Counted from the whole stretch's first letter, positions 13,050 to 27,455 are shown. The stretch: DNA of 63,609 bases, filler included, from Octopus bimaculoides (GCF_001194135.2; 5 parts of 5 records of this genome joined end to end with filler, not necessarily neighbours in it); one strand, 5' to 3'. The notes: a model not told the origin generated them from the sequence alone. Program-made: numbers and translations.

Positions 13050-15170
13050 GTTTTTTTTTTTTGAGGACTTGACTTGGCAAATACATAGGTGCTTCAGATA
13101 AAAGGTTTCTGATATTTCACAATTTATTTTTCAATCCCTTTCGTGTCCACTTTTCTATTATACTGCATTGCAAAGTCTACGCCCTGTTTTTACTGTTTCT
13201 TCAGTCGTATGGTCTCTCTAGAGAAATCTCATAAAGTCCTGTAATTACCACTCATTATCATCGCCTCTGACTCTTATTCATAGCACTTTTCGGTCTCTTC
13301 TAATCCGCAGGTACAACTAACACCAAATAGAGTCTTTTGCCTACACCACCATTATTTCGATTATATTCTGCATTAATTGTATTCATTTAAAAGATGCTTA
13401 ATTCTTTTTCGCAATAACATTATTTCTTTCTCTCTGAGTTTATTACTTTTGCCTTTATCAATTCTATTCTAAACAATTGTTTTGGACTACCTATTATCAG
13501 TAAATTCAATTCCCGTTTAAGATGTCTGTGAGTCACAAGAAGCGTTTTTTATCCACACGACCACTGATTGCTGCATTAAAATTTACCATGTAATTCCTAC
13601 ATCTTTCAGTTATATTTCCAGTCGCTTTTCTTCTCCCTGTTCATAATTTTTTTCATACTTAGCGTAAATAAACTTTTCGTTATTTCTGGACGCAAATATA
13701 TGTGTTCTTCACTGTACGTAACTTAGTTATTCAAGCCTTGTGTTGCAGCAACGTTTAACAAATATTTGCTTCTATGATTCCTTGCTAAGTAGAGCCATTC
13801 GACATTACCAGTAGGTTAGTGCGCATTATGGACTGTGAGCAGTTTCGTGATTCTATTAAATATTTATAGATGACTTTGTTCACTTTAGAAACGGAATAGA
13901 ATACGTAGATAACGGCATGACCAAAAATAATGATTTCCTTGACAATATTACCTCCACTTATATATCTTTCGAGCATTTTCATATTCTTATTCTTTAATCT
14001 TTGGAAACTTTTTCTCTTACTTTTTCCTGTTACCTTATTATTCTGCGGCATTCACAGAGTTTTGCATTCTTCCTTACGTCTCAGCAGCTAATTCCGTCTT
14101 TGGTATCCTTATACCCTTCAGATGTAAACTTTAGGCTTCTCTTTTTAATGAAGATTGTAAACCTATTCACATCCGTCTCTATGCTAATATCCTTCCTAAA
14201 TATCCTCTTAGAGTTTGACGTCATTCATATATAGCAGATGATGTGTTTGTTTGTTTTTGTTTTTTTTTCTTTTCAGTATGTTTGTCGAAGGAATGAACGC
14301 GATCAAGAATGCAATAAAGACAGCGAGTCTCCCTTAAATTACCTCCTTCATATTTTCCTACTTCTGAATGAATCGCTTCTACATTTTATTTCTACTTCTC
14401 ATCATCTCATCACTTCTAACAAAAAATGTCAATCTTCCCATAAGTGTTTGTTGAAACCATAAAAGCCAACGATGTGATACATTGAAACACACTTTTTTTC
14501 TTTTTTGCAGCGTAATCAACCAAAAGTAAGGTCCTTCTTTTATATTTGTACTCGACTTAATATAGTGTTTTTGATATGCACTGCATCAACAAGTTTTCTT
14601 AAGTTCTTTGTGCATCCCTTTTTATCTCTTCTGGTAATGGATTTCACAGAAAACTATTAATTCTTTTGCTGTTAGTTAATTAGTAGTTCCTAGAGAAATG
14701 CTAAGCATGTAACAAGCCTATAATCACTAGCTACCCTATCCCCCATTTTTCGTGTTCTTCTGCATTACCACTGTCCTTTACCTTTTTTTTAAAAATCCAT
14801 ACTGGTGTTCAGTGTTAGTATAGTCACTTAATATGGTTTTATATAGCCGGGCATGTCTGAAAGATATTTATCCCTTGTCATAATCTTGTTTTCCTTTCGT
14901 TTTAAATTTTAATCACCAGCTACATTTAACTTCTTTGCGCTGCAGCAAATCTGAACAGCATTTCTTGCTGCTTCAGTATGTCTTACATCATCACTCCCCT
15001 GCTGTTAATTATTGTAGTGCAGCCGCTTCTCAAATTTCCGATCATTATTTCTGGAGAATATGATCTGATGTTACTGCTCTATTCTCCCTTGCTGTCTAGT
15101 TTGTTTATTTTATTTATTTATTTATTTATCCATTGTCTATCAACCTGTAATAATCATCCGTGATTGTTTT
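13050..15170 (-). mobile_element. R4/Dong-type LINE fossil
   Basis: RT domain remnant near 14450-14550 and post-RT remnants near 13480-13700 on the minus strand. Confidence 0.55.
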
Positions 15171-15399
15171 TTTTTAGATTCCTTTGCAGTGCATTCTTGT
15201 CTCTGTTTTACCAATTATATTTCTATTCAGCTGTTCAAATTGTTCGTCATGTCTCTGTTTCCACCATGGGAATCTATCACTTTTTATGTTTACTTTTTCT
15301 CAAGCCAAAAACATTATTAAGTTTGATGGGAAGGCAGTGGTATGTGTGTCTCCTGAAATCATGGAAGAACGAGAAAACAGAACAATTTATAACAGATAT

Positions 15400-15660
15400 A
15401 TCTCTCAAAAGTGCAGGTGAGACGATCCGGCCACAATCATTCATATAGAAAAGGATCTGAAAGGCATTATGGAAGATGTTGCCTGACAAAAGATATGAAC
15501 TGTGGCCTGCGTGGTATTGGAGGATACGAAGACACTCCTAGATGTCAAACCAACGAGGAGAGTGAACTATTCCGGGGGAAATGATAGAGATCTTGCTTCA
15601 TGTGAAGCTCGAAAATATAGAAAATGTTCTGGAACGTATACGTCTGCACAATGAGGTCGA
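15400..15660 (+). mobile_element. RTE-like LINE 3' fragment, degraded
   Basis: Remnant similar to the RTE C-terminal WYGHV...GRGRP..TW region. Confidence 0.35.
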
Positions 15661-15707
15661 ATTACATATAGTGGTTGAAAGCAGAATGTCTACTTCAGGA
15701 GCCATAG

Positions 15708-15895
15708 ATATATATACATATACATATATACGACGGGCTTCTTTCAGTTTCCGTCTACGAAATCCACTCACAAGGCTTTGGTCGGCCCGAGGCTATAGAT
15801 GAAGACACTTGCCCAAGGTGCCAAGCAGTGGTACTGAAACCGGAACCATGTGGTTGGTAAGCAAGCTACTTACCACACAGCCACCGCTGCGCCTA
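15708..15895 (-). mobile_element. SINE family A, 5' half
   Basis: Reverse complement of the head and body of the 4513 copy. Confidence 0.85.
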
Positions 15896-16239
15896 ATGGA
15901 CAATTTTGTGATATTAAAGCTGTTGGTCACGACAGATATGGTCAGGGTATACTGGAATAAAACCTATTTCTCGTGGTAATTTCACTTTTGAAGATGGCTA
16001 TAATTCCACGATAAGTTTCTTTTCGTACTTTCTCGCACATTTCTAGGCGATGGATGTCACCCACTTCACACAAACACTTACACATTTGTAATTCCTTCAA
16101 GTAAGGTAGATTTGTCTTGGTGTAATCCTATGTTTTAAAGAGTTTCCTGTAGAAGTATGCGGCTTTATCACATATATCAAGACTAAACTCCAAAGTGTTC
16201 ACGTGAAGGAGGTGATAAATTCATTACTTATAATTATTA

Positions 16240-16530
<291 letters not shown>

Positions 16531-17541
16531 GGGAGGGGAGGACAGTTTTCGATATGACTCCTTGAAAATTTGGATTTTATGAAAATGAATCTGTGTAAGG
16601 TAAAATTTCCTACCATTGAAATGTTTAAACGTCTTAGACACAGACAATGTCTGCCAATTAGACATTCATATATTTTCATTTCAAAATGTTGTTTACTACT
16701 TATTAAAGTTGGCTTCTTCTCCTGAAATAATAGAAGCGTGTGAGAAGTTGATATGCCCGCGAGTATTTCGATTATAATTTTGAAAGCAATAATTCAGAGT
16801 TTCAAAACATTTTATATAAATGTGGGTGGAAGAAACCTGAAAATTTATGAATAACATACAGATGAGTTTATAAAACAATGACAATTGTATTTTATACTGA
16901 AAAGGTGACGCAAAATGTTATTTACAAAAACGGTGACATAAGATGTTATTTACAAAAACTCCAGTATCTTACATAAGCTGTTCTTCAATCTGGGTAATGG
17001 TTTGACAAGTGTTTATTCTTAAACGGAAAGGCATTCTGCCTAGACTGTTAGATATATCGTTCAGTATCGTGAGATGGATTTCTTGTTTAATCATTACGTA
17101 ACTCTCTGCAGTAGATGTATGTTGCCTTAAATAAGAGTGATTTCTCTTCACAGTAGTTGGTTACCCTCCTATATAGATTGATTCAATCACTGGACATTTC
17201 AAGGGAAATGTATTCAACTTTGCATTTTTTACTTATATTTTAAATTTTAATGGTTTTCGGAAGCATTTTATCGATCTTCCACAAGTGTGTATCGTGTTTC
17301 CTCGGCGTTTGTGTGGGCCCCATCGTCATACGTTCCGGGAACGGTACTGCAGTCAGGTGGGCGTTTGGTGTCTCCTCCTTGTGACCGTGTTACTGGTGCT
17401 GTGGGCTACACTCTCTTTCTATATTTCATTCATCTTTCTAAATGTAGCAGTCTAATCGCATACATACGAGATGGCATCAAAACGTTCCCGGACTAGTTAT
17501 GTCTAATAAAAAATAGCATATTTACCTAAGTTTTAACTTAA

Positions 17542-18300
17542 AAGACTTGAAAGTTCAAGAATAATCGAGAAGATGGACCACTCAGATTGGGCAGCACGTA
17601 CGGTCTACGAGGAATAGAAAAATAATAAATTAAGAGTCTGTGCAGATTTTCCAACGGGTTTAAACGATTGCTTAATCTCACATAACTACCCATTGCCAAG
17701 TCCTAACCAGAGGACGTTTTCGCAAAATTGAATGGAAGAAACATTTCCCAATCAGATCTCTCGGAGGCATATTTACAAATCCAAGTAGAAGAATGCTCAC
17801 ACTTATTAGCCATTAATACACACCATGGCACATCTAAATGTAATTGGCTTCTCTTCGATGTAAAAGTGGCCCCTTCCATAGTTCAACAAGTAATGGATAC
17901 TGTGTTGGCGGACAGTGGTTTTGCTATCGCTTATTTAGAAGGTATCCTAGTAAAAAGCGAATCACACGAACATGTCAAACACGTAAAAAGGGTATTCGAG
18001 AAAATAAGAGAATACGGTTTGAAGATAAGTGAAGAAAGAACGTGAGTTCTTTCTGAAAATAATTAGATACTCGAGCCACATAATCGATAAAAACGGACGG
18101 AGACCTTGACGAAAAGTAGATATACCGTGGTCGAGACTATACATCGATTTTGCTGGCCCCTTAAACTGTTCATAATACTTAATGGTAGTAAATAGTTTCT
18201 CGAATTGAAGAGAGTTGTGTTAACGCAATTCTGGACTATATTTTCCAAAGTTACCTTCATCATCCACTCCTGGTGAGACCTAAACAAATTTGTAAGAAGT
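17542..18300 (+). mobile_element. Ty3/Gypsy pol fossil (RT and integrase remnants)
   Basis: SDWAA...KLRVCADF..GLNDCL..HNYPLP, DLSEAYLQI...INTHHG...KVAPSIVQQVMDTVL...AYLEGILV, then HIIDKNG; YLMVVNSFS integrase remnant; frameshifts and stops. Confidence 0.85.
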
Positions 18301-19873
18301 TTGCCACAAAGAGAAAAGCCATTACGGAATATTTTTAGTCATATTCCCGTCCGTTACACATCTTTCGCATAACCACTGACAAAGTGTAACTATCAGCCCT
18401 TTCCTAGTCACGGAAAGTGAGCAAATAAGCAATGGTTCCACTAGAATTTTGAGATCTGTCCTTCAAGCAGGAAAGCTATTCGACACCTCACCAGCCAACA
18501 ACATTTCAACTCTAAACAAATGTATGCGGATAAATTATGTCGGTTTTACACACTTCCTGGGTAAGACAGGTTGACTCGATTAACATGGCTATAAAGTTGT
18601 CATGACTTAACACTACCCCTGTTAGCATTGCCCCTCCAGATATTTCTAAAAGTTATCCAGAGCATCTGAACCCGAAATTCTCTTTAACACACCGGCCTGC
18701 TGAAGCTCGATGATGTTCAATTTCCCTCACGACGCCATTAATTTCAGACTCTTTGTCTTCTATATTTACATGAGTTATACGCAAAAATGGTCAAGTATAT
18801 GAAGCTATTTACTCAAATAATTCTTATTTTATGTTAAGTAAAAATAATATTAAACAGAAGTGATGTAACTAAGAAAAAATATATTAGTGTATATCCACTC
18901 TAGCGACCATAAAAAAAAATCTTCTAGACTTCCAACTGAAGAAATTCTGATGACAAGTGATTGTTCTAAATTCACTCAAATGACATATATAATAGTCAAA
19001 TTTTGATAGAAGCAAAAATACCATTATGGAAAATAATTGGAATGGCTTATATATCCACTTCATAGTAAATATTCTGAAATAAAAAATATATACATAATCC
19101 GACTTCAGTATTAAAAGCCAAACAGTGAAGATAACACTTAGAGAATAAGTTATATATTTATTTTAGATATAAAATGCGAATTTATCATAATGGTGTGAAT
19201 GATATTTGCGAATATGTGATAATAGACAGAAAATAGAAGATACAAAAAAGACATTGATCATACACAAGGAACCTAGAATTGACCAATGTTATCTATATAA
19301 CGAGATAATAAATCCTAGGGCAGTGTGAAACACAGACCTAACAAGAACTGGAAACGTATAAAATATAAATATGAAATCAGGGTGATATAATTTAATGCTT
19401 AATGAAATGGACTTGTTGCAAAATGCTGAAAGAACCGCCAGTGAGACCTACACGTCATTAATCAGCCTGCTAGAAATAGTAGCTTCCCTTCTTCAAATCT
19501 TGCACAAATTATAGTAATTTTAAAAACTGATACAGTTCATAATGTAGCTTTTGTTATAGTTCATCTAAAAGGCTAGAGTTAACAAGGGAGAGCATCAGGC
19601 TAAAAAAGTAGCCTTAGCTTGACAGCTGACATATTAGAAACAGCAGCCAAATCTCACAGTCTCAATGAATAACATTAAATTTTGTTCGTAAGATGTGTCC
19701 CTAAAATATACTCATAGAGAGATGGGTGGGAACACAATTTTCCATTTTTCAGTCAGAGCGTACGTAGCTTTAAACAACAGCATCAAGATGGGTTACGCAG
19801 TGGAAGAGTTCTCTTTACCGGTTCTTAACCAAATATTCTGTCTTTAGCAGATTCCATGTTAAACTTCGTTTAA

Positions 19874-19979
19874 TCAACGTCCAACACTGAGCACGTTGTC
19901 ACTGACGTCGTTATCATCGCGCATTAAGTCTTGCAAACCCATTCTGTCCTCCGCTTTGGCACATAACACTTCGCAGTAC
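19874..19979 (-). CDS. Candidate terminal coding exon, unidentified
   Basis: gtgcacAG|G TAC TGC GAA... gives YCEVLCAKAEDRMGLQDLMRDDNDVSDNVLSVGR-stop in unusually GC-rich, non-repetitive sequence. Confidence 0.25.
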
Positions 19980-20224
19980 CTGTGCACATAACACATGTTA
20001 ATTTTCGTCTTATAAAGTTGAGACTTAGAAGTCAATATCACTTGGTACGTCTCTGTGCGTTACTCTTTAATTGCATCCTCTCATTTTTTAAATATTTAAG
20101 TCTACATTTTGAAATCAGAACAGTGCAAACAAAATTGTCTTGTAACTATTTACACGTTTCATAAATGGAAACACGTAGCATTTTTAAGCGAGAATTCTTT
20201 ATATTTAAAGTGATATTTATTAAG

Positions 20225-20520
20225 AAGTGTTTCGACAAAGGCCATCGGAACAACATCGACATTGTTACACAAACAGACATTTCATGACATAAGAGTGGAT
20301 ATGCGGAATTATTTTGGCACAGGTTTTGTATCCTTAAGCATCAACAACACACAGTTCTACAATGGAACATTTGAAGAAATCAGATCAAATGAAATACATT
20401 TATTTGCACAAAGAATACATTCGGACGCAGACGAAACCGTAATTGGTCTAAATTTATCTAAAAGAAGGAAGAGAGATTTTTCTATGTCCTCGAATGACGA
20501 AGAAGAGTATTCTCTTGTAG
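20225..20520 (+). CDS. Candidate exon of a secreted or extracellular protein with a furin-type site
   Basis: The frame is open from 20214 to 20552 (...HKQTFHDIRVDMRNYFGTGFVSLSINNTQFYNGTFEE...GLNLSKRRKRDFSMSSNDEEEYSLV). It has a strong donor GTAG|GTGAGT at 20520, a KRRKR motif and sequons NNT, NGT and NLS. The acceptor is uncertain (in-frame TGA at 20211). Confidence 0.35.
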
Positions 20521-20760
20521 GTGAGTGCAGGAATATCTCACACGCTGAGTTATGAAAAGCCTACGGCACCATCCCGCTGCTCTCCGGGAATGGAAACAAG
20601 AATGGATCTCCAGCAAAAATTGTGCACAAAACATCACTTCATGAAGTTTGGTTTCTGAGACCCGATCATTTAATTCTATGAGATTTCGAATAAAGTTTAA
20701 AATTTAAAGAAAATGATGTCCTCAGTATAAACACCTTATATATTTGGACTGAGATTATTC

Positions 20761-20945
20761 GGCGATCTGGCATTAGCACGCCAGGCAAAATGTTTAGCGA
20801 CATGTCTTCTGATTCTATACGTTCTAAGTTCAAACCTCCCTCGAGATCGACTCTCTTTTTCCTCCGGTAAAATGAGTACCAGTTGAACACTTGGGATTGA
20901 TGCAATCGACCTACCCCGATCATGAACGGGCCACATTTGAAATTA
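20761..20945 (+). mobile_element. SINE family B with ATT tail
   Basis: ggcgatctggcattagcacgcc...gttctaagttcaaa...gaaattattatt. Confidence 0.7.
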
Positions 20946-21659
20946 TTATTATTATTATTATCATTATTAATACTATAATTATTATTATTATCATTATTAA
21001 TATTATTATTATTATTATTATTATTAACGTGCCCTAAAGTGACTGATAAATGAAGCAAAAATAAACAGAGTTTGTGTCGTTAATATATGCTGACCCAAAA
21101 AAACAATATACATATATAATTTACATTAGCATCGTCTTTGGGACCCAGAGGCCATCATATCGTGTATTTGCTCCCCGAAAAGAACAAAAAACGTCTACAT
21201 AAAAACTAACTAAAAGAAAAACATAAAGCAAACTATTAAAAGAGATGTTTAATCAAAACAAAACATATCAAGCACTTGTGTTACTTTCGTATAACAAGAA
21301 AAACTAAGTAATTGTATTTTTCTATCATCAATATTCTATAAAGATTACAAGCCTTCGGCTATGTCTCGCCTATATTTTCCAACATAATGGATGTAAATTA
21401 CCGTAATAGCCTTCTGAGGAATCAGGTGCAGATATTACATTGTTTATCTGTATATATTACAGAGTTGATATTTATCTATGCTATGTTATATACAGTATGC
21501 GTCTTACCAAAGGAATGAGGAAATTTTGAAATAAACAAATGTTATTTATTTATACAGAAAAATCACATGATATATTAACATCTTACCTATACCTCTCAAT
21601 AGGAAGCTTCTTGTAAAGCGATATATCTTTGCATATGTATATTTATAACATCTATATCT

Positions 21660-21708
21660 ATCTATATGTGTGTGTGTGTGAATACATACATACATACATA
21701 CATATATG

Positions 21709-21802
<94 letters not shown>

Positions 21803-22035
21803 TGTATATATATATGCATATACACACACAAATATATGTATATGTGTGTATCTGTGTGTGTCTATATACACATATATATGCCTATGAGAGTGTTTGGTGG
21901 AACAAGCATGTAAACTCAGCATGATGCAATAGTAATTTAATTATATGTGTGTGTGTACGTGTGTGTCTGTGTCTGTGTGTGTATGTGTATGTGTGTGTGT
22001 GTGTGTATGTGTGTGCGTGGTGTGTGTGTGTGTGT
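21660..22035. repeat. (AT)n/(GT)n microsatellite field
   Basis: Direct reading. Confidence 0.95.
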
Positions 22036-22246
22036 TTACATGTGCGTCCGTAAGCATACCCTTTGCTAATAGAGTCTAATCAGATTCGAAGTGAATTTGG
22101 AACCTTGTAACTTACATTTTCCCATATTTTAGTGAGAACTCATATATGGCTGTGCCCCAGCATGGCCACAGCTCGTGAGCTGAAAGTAGGTAAAATAAAA
22201 TAAAATATATGCTGCCGGCGCTGCTGCCCAAGATCGTATGACCAAT

Positions 22247-22286
<40 letters not shown>

Positions 22287-24228
22287 GTATANNNNNNNNN
22301 NNNNNNNNNNNNNNNNNNNNNNNNNNNNNNNNNNNNNNNNNNNNNNNNNNNNNNNNNNNNNNNNNNNNNNNNNNNNNNNNNNNNNNNNNNNNNNNNNNNN
22401 NNNNNNNNNNNNNNNNNNNNNNNNNNNNNNNNNNNNNNNNNNNNNNNNNNNNNNNNNNNNNNNNNNNNNNNNNNNNNNNNNNNNNNNNNNNNNNNNNNNN
22501 NNNNNNNNNNNNNNNNNNNNNNNNNNNNNNNNNNNNNNNNNNNNNNNNNNNNNNNNNNNNNNNNNNNNNNNNNNNNNNNNNNNNNNNNNNNNNNNNNNNN
22601 NNNNNNNNNNNNNNNNNNNNNNNNNNNNNNNNNNNNNNNNNNNNNNNNNNNNNNNNNNNNNNNNNNNNNNNNNNNNNNNNNNNNNNNNNNNNNNNNNNNN
22701 NNNNNNNNNNNNNNNNNNNNNNNNNNNNNNNNNNNNNNNNNNNNNNNNNNNNNNNNNNNNNNNNNNNNNNNNNNNNNNNNNNNNNNNNNNNNNNNNNNNN
22801 NNNNNNNNNNNNNNNNNNNNNNNNNNNNNNNNNNNNNNNNNNNNNNNNNNNNNNNNNNNNNNNNNNNNNNNNNNNNNNNNNNNNNNNNNNNNNNNNNNNN
22901 NNNNNNNNNNNNNNNNNNNNNNNNNNNNNNNNNNNNNNNNNNNNNNNNNNNNNNNNNNNNNNNNNNNNNNNNNNNNNNNNNNNNNNNNNNNNNNNNNNNN
23001 NNNNNNNNNNNNNNNNNNNNNNNNNNNNNNNNNNNNNNNNNNNNNNNNNNNNNNNNNNNNNNNNNNNNNNNNNNNNNNNNNNNNNNNNNNNNNNNNNNNN
23101 NNNNNNNNNNNNNNNNNNNNNNNNNNNNNNNNNNNNNNNNNNNNNNNNNNNNNNNNNNNNNNNNNNNNNNNNNNNNNNNNNNNNNNNNNNNNNNNNNNNN
23201 NNNNNNNNNNNATATATATATATATATATATATATATAATTCAAAAGAATTCCAACTCTGCTTTTTATGATTTATTTATATTATATTCTTATAATATTAA
23301 TGTAGGATATAGAATATATAGTATATATAGTAAAATGAAATGAAGAAATAATTGTCTTATTGAATAAATGAAATATTGACTGTGAATTATTGTGACCATG
23401 TCAGCTAAATTATCCTTCAAATTCTATTCTACAAAGAATTGCTAGTTTTTATTTTATTTGTTATATAACTAAGTTGTCTATAAATAATCTTTTGGTATTT
23501 AACCTATCCGAAATATAAAAAAAAAGATTTTTCGGCTGTTTCCATATTGGTACTACGAATGTATGAAGTTTGATTTTGAACTTATTAAAATCTTGATTTA
23601 AGAAAGTTTCTTGTAATTATTCTAAAAGTGGCCTCCTTTATAGGAAACATCTTCGCAGTTTCTGTCAAACTATTTCCATTTCGAAGCTGGTTTTATTGTC
23701 CATTTGTAGAGATTTCATCTTTCATGCCCAAAATATCTAGCAAAATATCAGAATTCTTATTATTCTTAATTGCGACATTCTTCAAGAGATAATAACAATT
23801 TCAAAACTCAATAACAGGTAATATGTTTTGCCATTTCTAAAATAGTTTGGTAATTTGTGTTGTTTGTGTTAACATATTTACTATAATTTGACATTTATTA
23901 TTCACTGATAGAATTGTTTGCACGTTGAACAAAATGTTTCACAATATTTTATCGGGATTGTTAACGCCATCATCTGCTTTGGTGTAGATTCAACCGTTGT
24001 CGATAATTCGAAGTGCCAGTCAACCACTGGAATCAATAAAATCAAATATTTATCTCAACAAAAGTGTCTACTTTTGTGTCTATGAGGTGTAGCACTAAAA
24101 ATATTAAACGAAGCTCAAAATAATATATTATAAAGACCGTGTGTATTTGTTTTATATTTATACACTAAAATTATAAGTAGGGATACACAAATATTCACAT
24201 ACACAGACGTGTGTATATATGTATATAT

Positions 24229-25426
24229 TTTGAAGAAAATAATAGAAACACCACGTTTTATTTAACTATTTTTTGTTTGACAACATGGGAGTTTCAAATC
24301 TGTTCTAGTCTCTAAATATGTCTTCTTCCTATGAATAATGCATAATTTGAACTTCATGATAAGCCGTTTTTCTGTCTCTTTTGAAGATATTTATGTTTAA
24401 ATACGATAAAATATGTGACCTATCTTATTTCCAAAGGGAACAAACTGTTGGAGTCTGGATACCTGGAGTTTCGGTCAATAAAACTGCTGAATTATATACT
24501 GCTCCAAGTAGTTCAGTCTCTGAAATCATGTTGACATTCCAAAACCAGGATGAAAACAATTCTGGCAAGCATACATTTGGACGGAATCCAAAGTTCACAA
24601 TGACAATCAGTAAAATAGTAGAACGTATGGAGTCTACAAACCATCAAAATCCCGCAGCAAATATGAGTGCAGCGCTAAACCGTCATCGTACCAATTCTGT
24701 GCCAACTAAAATAATTTTTTATGAATTTCATTAAGCTAAATATCATGTGAAATTGGCAAACTCTTCTATTCCTCATTAACATTGTGTAGACAATTAGATG
24801 TGGTCAATAGCTCAACAGACCAATGCCCACGCTAATGAATTTCCATTCTTTCTTTTTGCTGCTTAGGGCCGTGTTTATATTTGGAGACTGCACAGAGAAA
24901 CCTCCAACACTGACCATTTATCTCGTAATGTGAAGCATGTAGGTAGGTCTGAGATGGCAGCCATATCATTTGATTCTATTGGCCCTTTCGATATTCTACA
25001 TGACAAGACTGACGTCAAGGATAATATGAGTACTTTTATCATATCCATCCTATAGTACGGTAGCACAATCTTCCAGGACAATAATGCGCCTTTTCACACA
25101 GCTGATGCTATTCAAATGGGTGAGAACAATACCAAAGGCAGGTAGCTCACTTGGATTAGCCCCAACATTCACCAGATCTCAAGATAATCGAATATTTACT
25201 GAGTATGTTGGAGTAGAAATTGAAGAGCTACTTCATCATCCCCACTGAAAGAGATAAAGCAGGTTTTACCTGAGGAATGGCACAAAATTTCATTAATAAC
25301 CATTCTGAACTTGTACCAGTCAAATCTTAGACATATTAAATTTGTGGTTGATACCAGATCTAGAGCAACTCCGTAATAAATAACTTCCATTTAACAAGGT
25401 AATTCCATTATTTTGTTCAACTCCTG
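24229..25426 (+). mobile_element. Tc1-type DNA transposon fossil
   Basis: ORF 24381-24734 (CDLSYFQREQTVG...KTAEL...GRNPK) is a transposase N-terminus; GRVYIWR, FQDNNAPFHTA and SPDLKIIE remnants follow. Degenerate TIRs: tgaagaaaataatagaaacacc and ttccattattttgttcaactcctg. Confidence 0.8.
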
Positions 25427-25997
25427 TGTGTATATGTATGTGCATATATGTATGTGAGTACTTCCGTGTGTAAACACAACTATGTTCATGTGTGTATGTG
25501 TGTATGCGTGGGTGTGTGGTGAGAGTATGTGTTTGTGTGTGTACGTGTGTACGTGTGTACGTGTGTATGTATGTGTCAAATGTGATATACGAACAGAAAG
25601 ATATCAGACAGAAAGATCGAAAGAAAAAAAATTATAATAAAATTATCGCATAAAGAATATCTAATAAATATAGAATGAAAGCTATAGATATAAGGACTTA
25701 GTGTGTTTGATCTACAGTAATATATGTTCAATCGTAATGCGTAAATTTATAAAGGTAAATAGTAAATGTCAACGTTCATACTTTACAGCTTGTACACAAA
25801 TCCGCTTTTAATTTATATGAATTGATCGAATGTGATGATCAGGCAGATTACCTAACAGCCTGAACAAATTGCTTGGCGGCCTTTCTGCTTTTATGTCCTG
25901 GATTCAAATGCTACCGTGGTTGATTTTTACCTTTCATCATTTCGAGTACGTCGATAAACAGGTTTCATAAAAAAAATGAGTTCGATGTTATTCACAT

Positions 25998-25998
<1 letters not shown>

Positions 25999-26070
<72 letters not shown>
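25999..26070. repeat. (CT)n microsatellite
   Basis: Direct reading; similar tracts at 26897-26975 and 34132-34212. Confidence 0.98.
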
Positions 26071-26073
<3 letters not shown>

Positions 26074-26459
26074 TCTTCCCAAATTCGCTGTCTTTAGCCG
26101 AAAATTTAAAAGAATTTATATATGAATATTTTGTAAGTTTTACATTTCTATGACGAAGCTTATAGTGTTAACTTTCCTGTTGCGTATACTATTAGCTTAA
26201 ATTGAGAAGGGAGTAGATGAAAACATATTCTAAGCAATTAATGAACAGCATTTTCATTTTAGTATATTTTTATTTATACCAGATTATCTGTGACTTAAGG
26301 ATTGTATTTAAAATTGAATTCTATAAAATCAATGCTTTCTCGCTTTACTTTTGTTTAAACATTTTGTTTTCAGTTGTAGCGCACTCTGATATAAGTCATT
26401 AAATATCCACCTTTTATCTTGAAAGAAAAGTTTAAGGGGGCGTTAAGTGCATATTTTTA

Positions 26460-26750
26460 GAAGCGTCATTACCATGGAAAGGATCATTCATTGTGTATGA
26501 GTTTCCATAGAGCTTATGACACACTGGAGATAACTAGACATATGAGGAATGCTGAAAATGTCATGGGTTTGAGGGTATCGCGAAAGATATGGATGGAGGC
26601 CCAACCTTCCTCCAAGTTAGAAAAACTGAAGGATCTCTGCAATAAGGTGTGAATTTGAGAGGGGAATATGTTGAATAAAATCATAATTAACCTATCCTCT
26701 ACTATTTTCTTTTACCCAAAGCCAGTAACATGTTCAGTACTTCCCCGTAA
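26460..26750 (+). mobile_element. mariner-type transposase C-terminal fragment
   Basis: ...KLEKLK...NKV.NLRGEYVE-stop followed by a TIR-like end (ttcagtacttccccgta). Confidence 0.5.
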
Positions 26751-26892
26751 CATCGAATTACAAGAAACAACTATGCCTACAATGTTATGTCTTACATTGA
26801 ATTTTTTGGAATGTCTGTCTGCATTAATCCCCTCATTAAAATGCAACTAACAGAAAATACATACACTTTATAGACATACACAGACATGCACA

Positions 26893-26978
<86 letters not shown>

Positions 26979-27129
26979 TTCACTCACACACACTCAGATA
27001 CACATATACTCACAAATATTTATAAATATATGCATCTATAAGTATACACATATATAAAAATGTATATATGAATATATTTACATATTCATAGGTAAATGTA
27101 TATGGGAGACATGAGTGTGTACAGTGAAG

Positions 27130-27455
27130 GTATGTGGGTTATTGGTTAGGGTAACCGGCTCATCATTGTGTAATTGTTACTTCGATATAATAGGGTGCGT
27201 CGTTCCCTTGAGCAAGACAATGTATACCACCTTGCTACTTAACGCTCAGCTGACAAAAATGAGAAGTACCTGTTTTTCAAAGTAGCAGCCTCCTCACATC
27301 TTGAGCCACGTTGAATATCATTGAGAACTACGTTAAAGATATGCGTGTCCGTGCATTGCTTAGCCACTTCCACCATGATTTCACGACCAGGTTGTTCTTC
27401 AGCTCAGAGCAACGGCAACACACATCATTGTAACGGACGGATCGCCAGTTTGTAT
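27130..27455 (+). mobile_element. Degraded SINE family D head with a tail shared with 60610-60810
   Basis: ttggttagggt...cttgagcaagac...ctcagctgacaaaaatgag, followed by acgttaa...cttagccactt...atttcacga. Confidence 0.6.

Noticed and set aside
19166-19390. Frame-shifted peptide vaguely resembling a BRICHOS domain
   Set aside because: Needs a frameshift and stop read-through; similarity too weak to support.
23710-23817. 108-nt AG...GT exon candidate
   Set aside because: All three frames contain stops.
24381-24734. 117-aa ORF as a host gene or exon
   Set aside because: It is the N-terminal DNA-binding part of the Tc1 transposase fossil.
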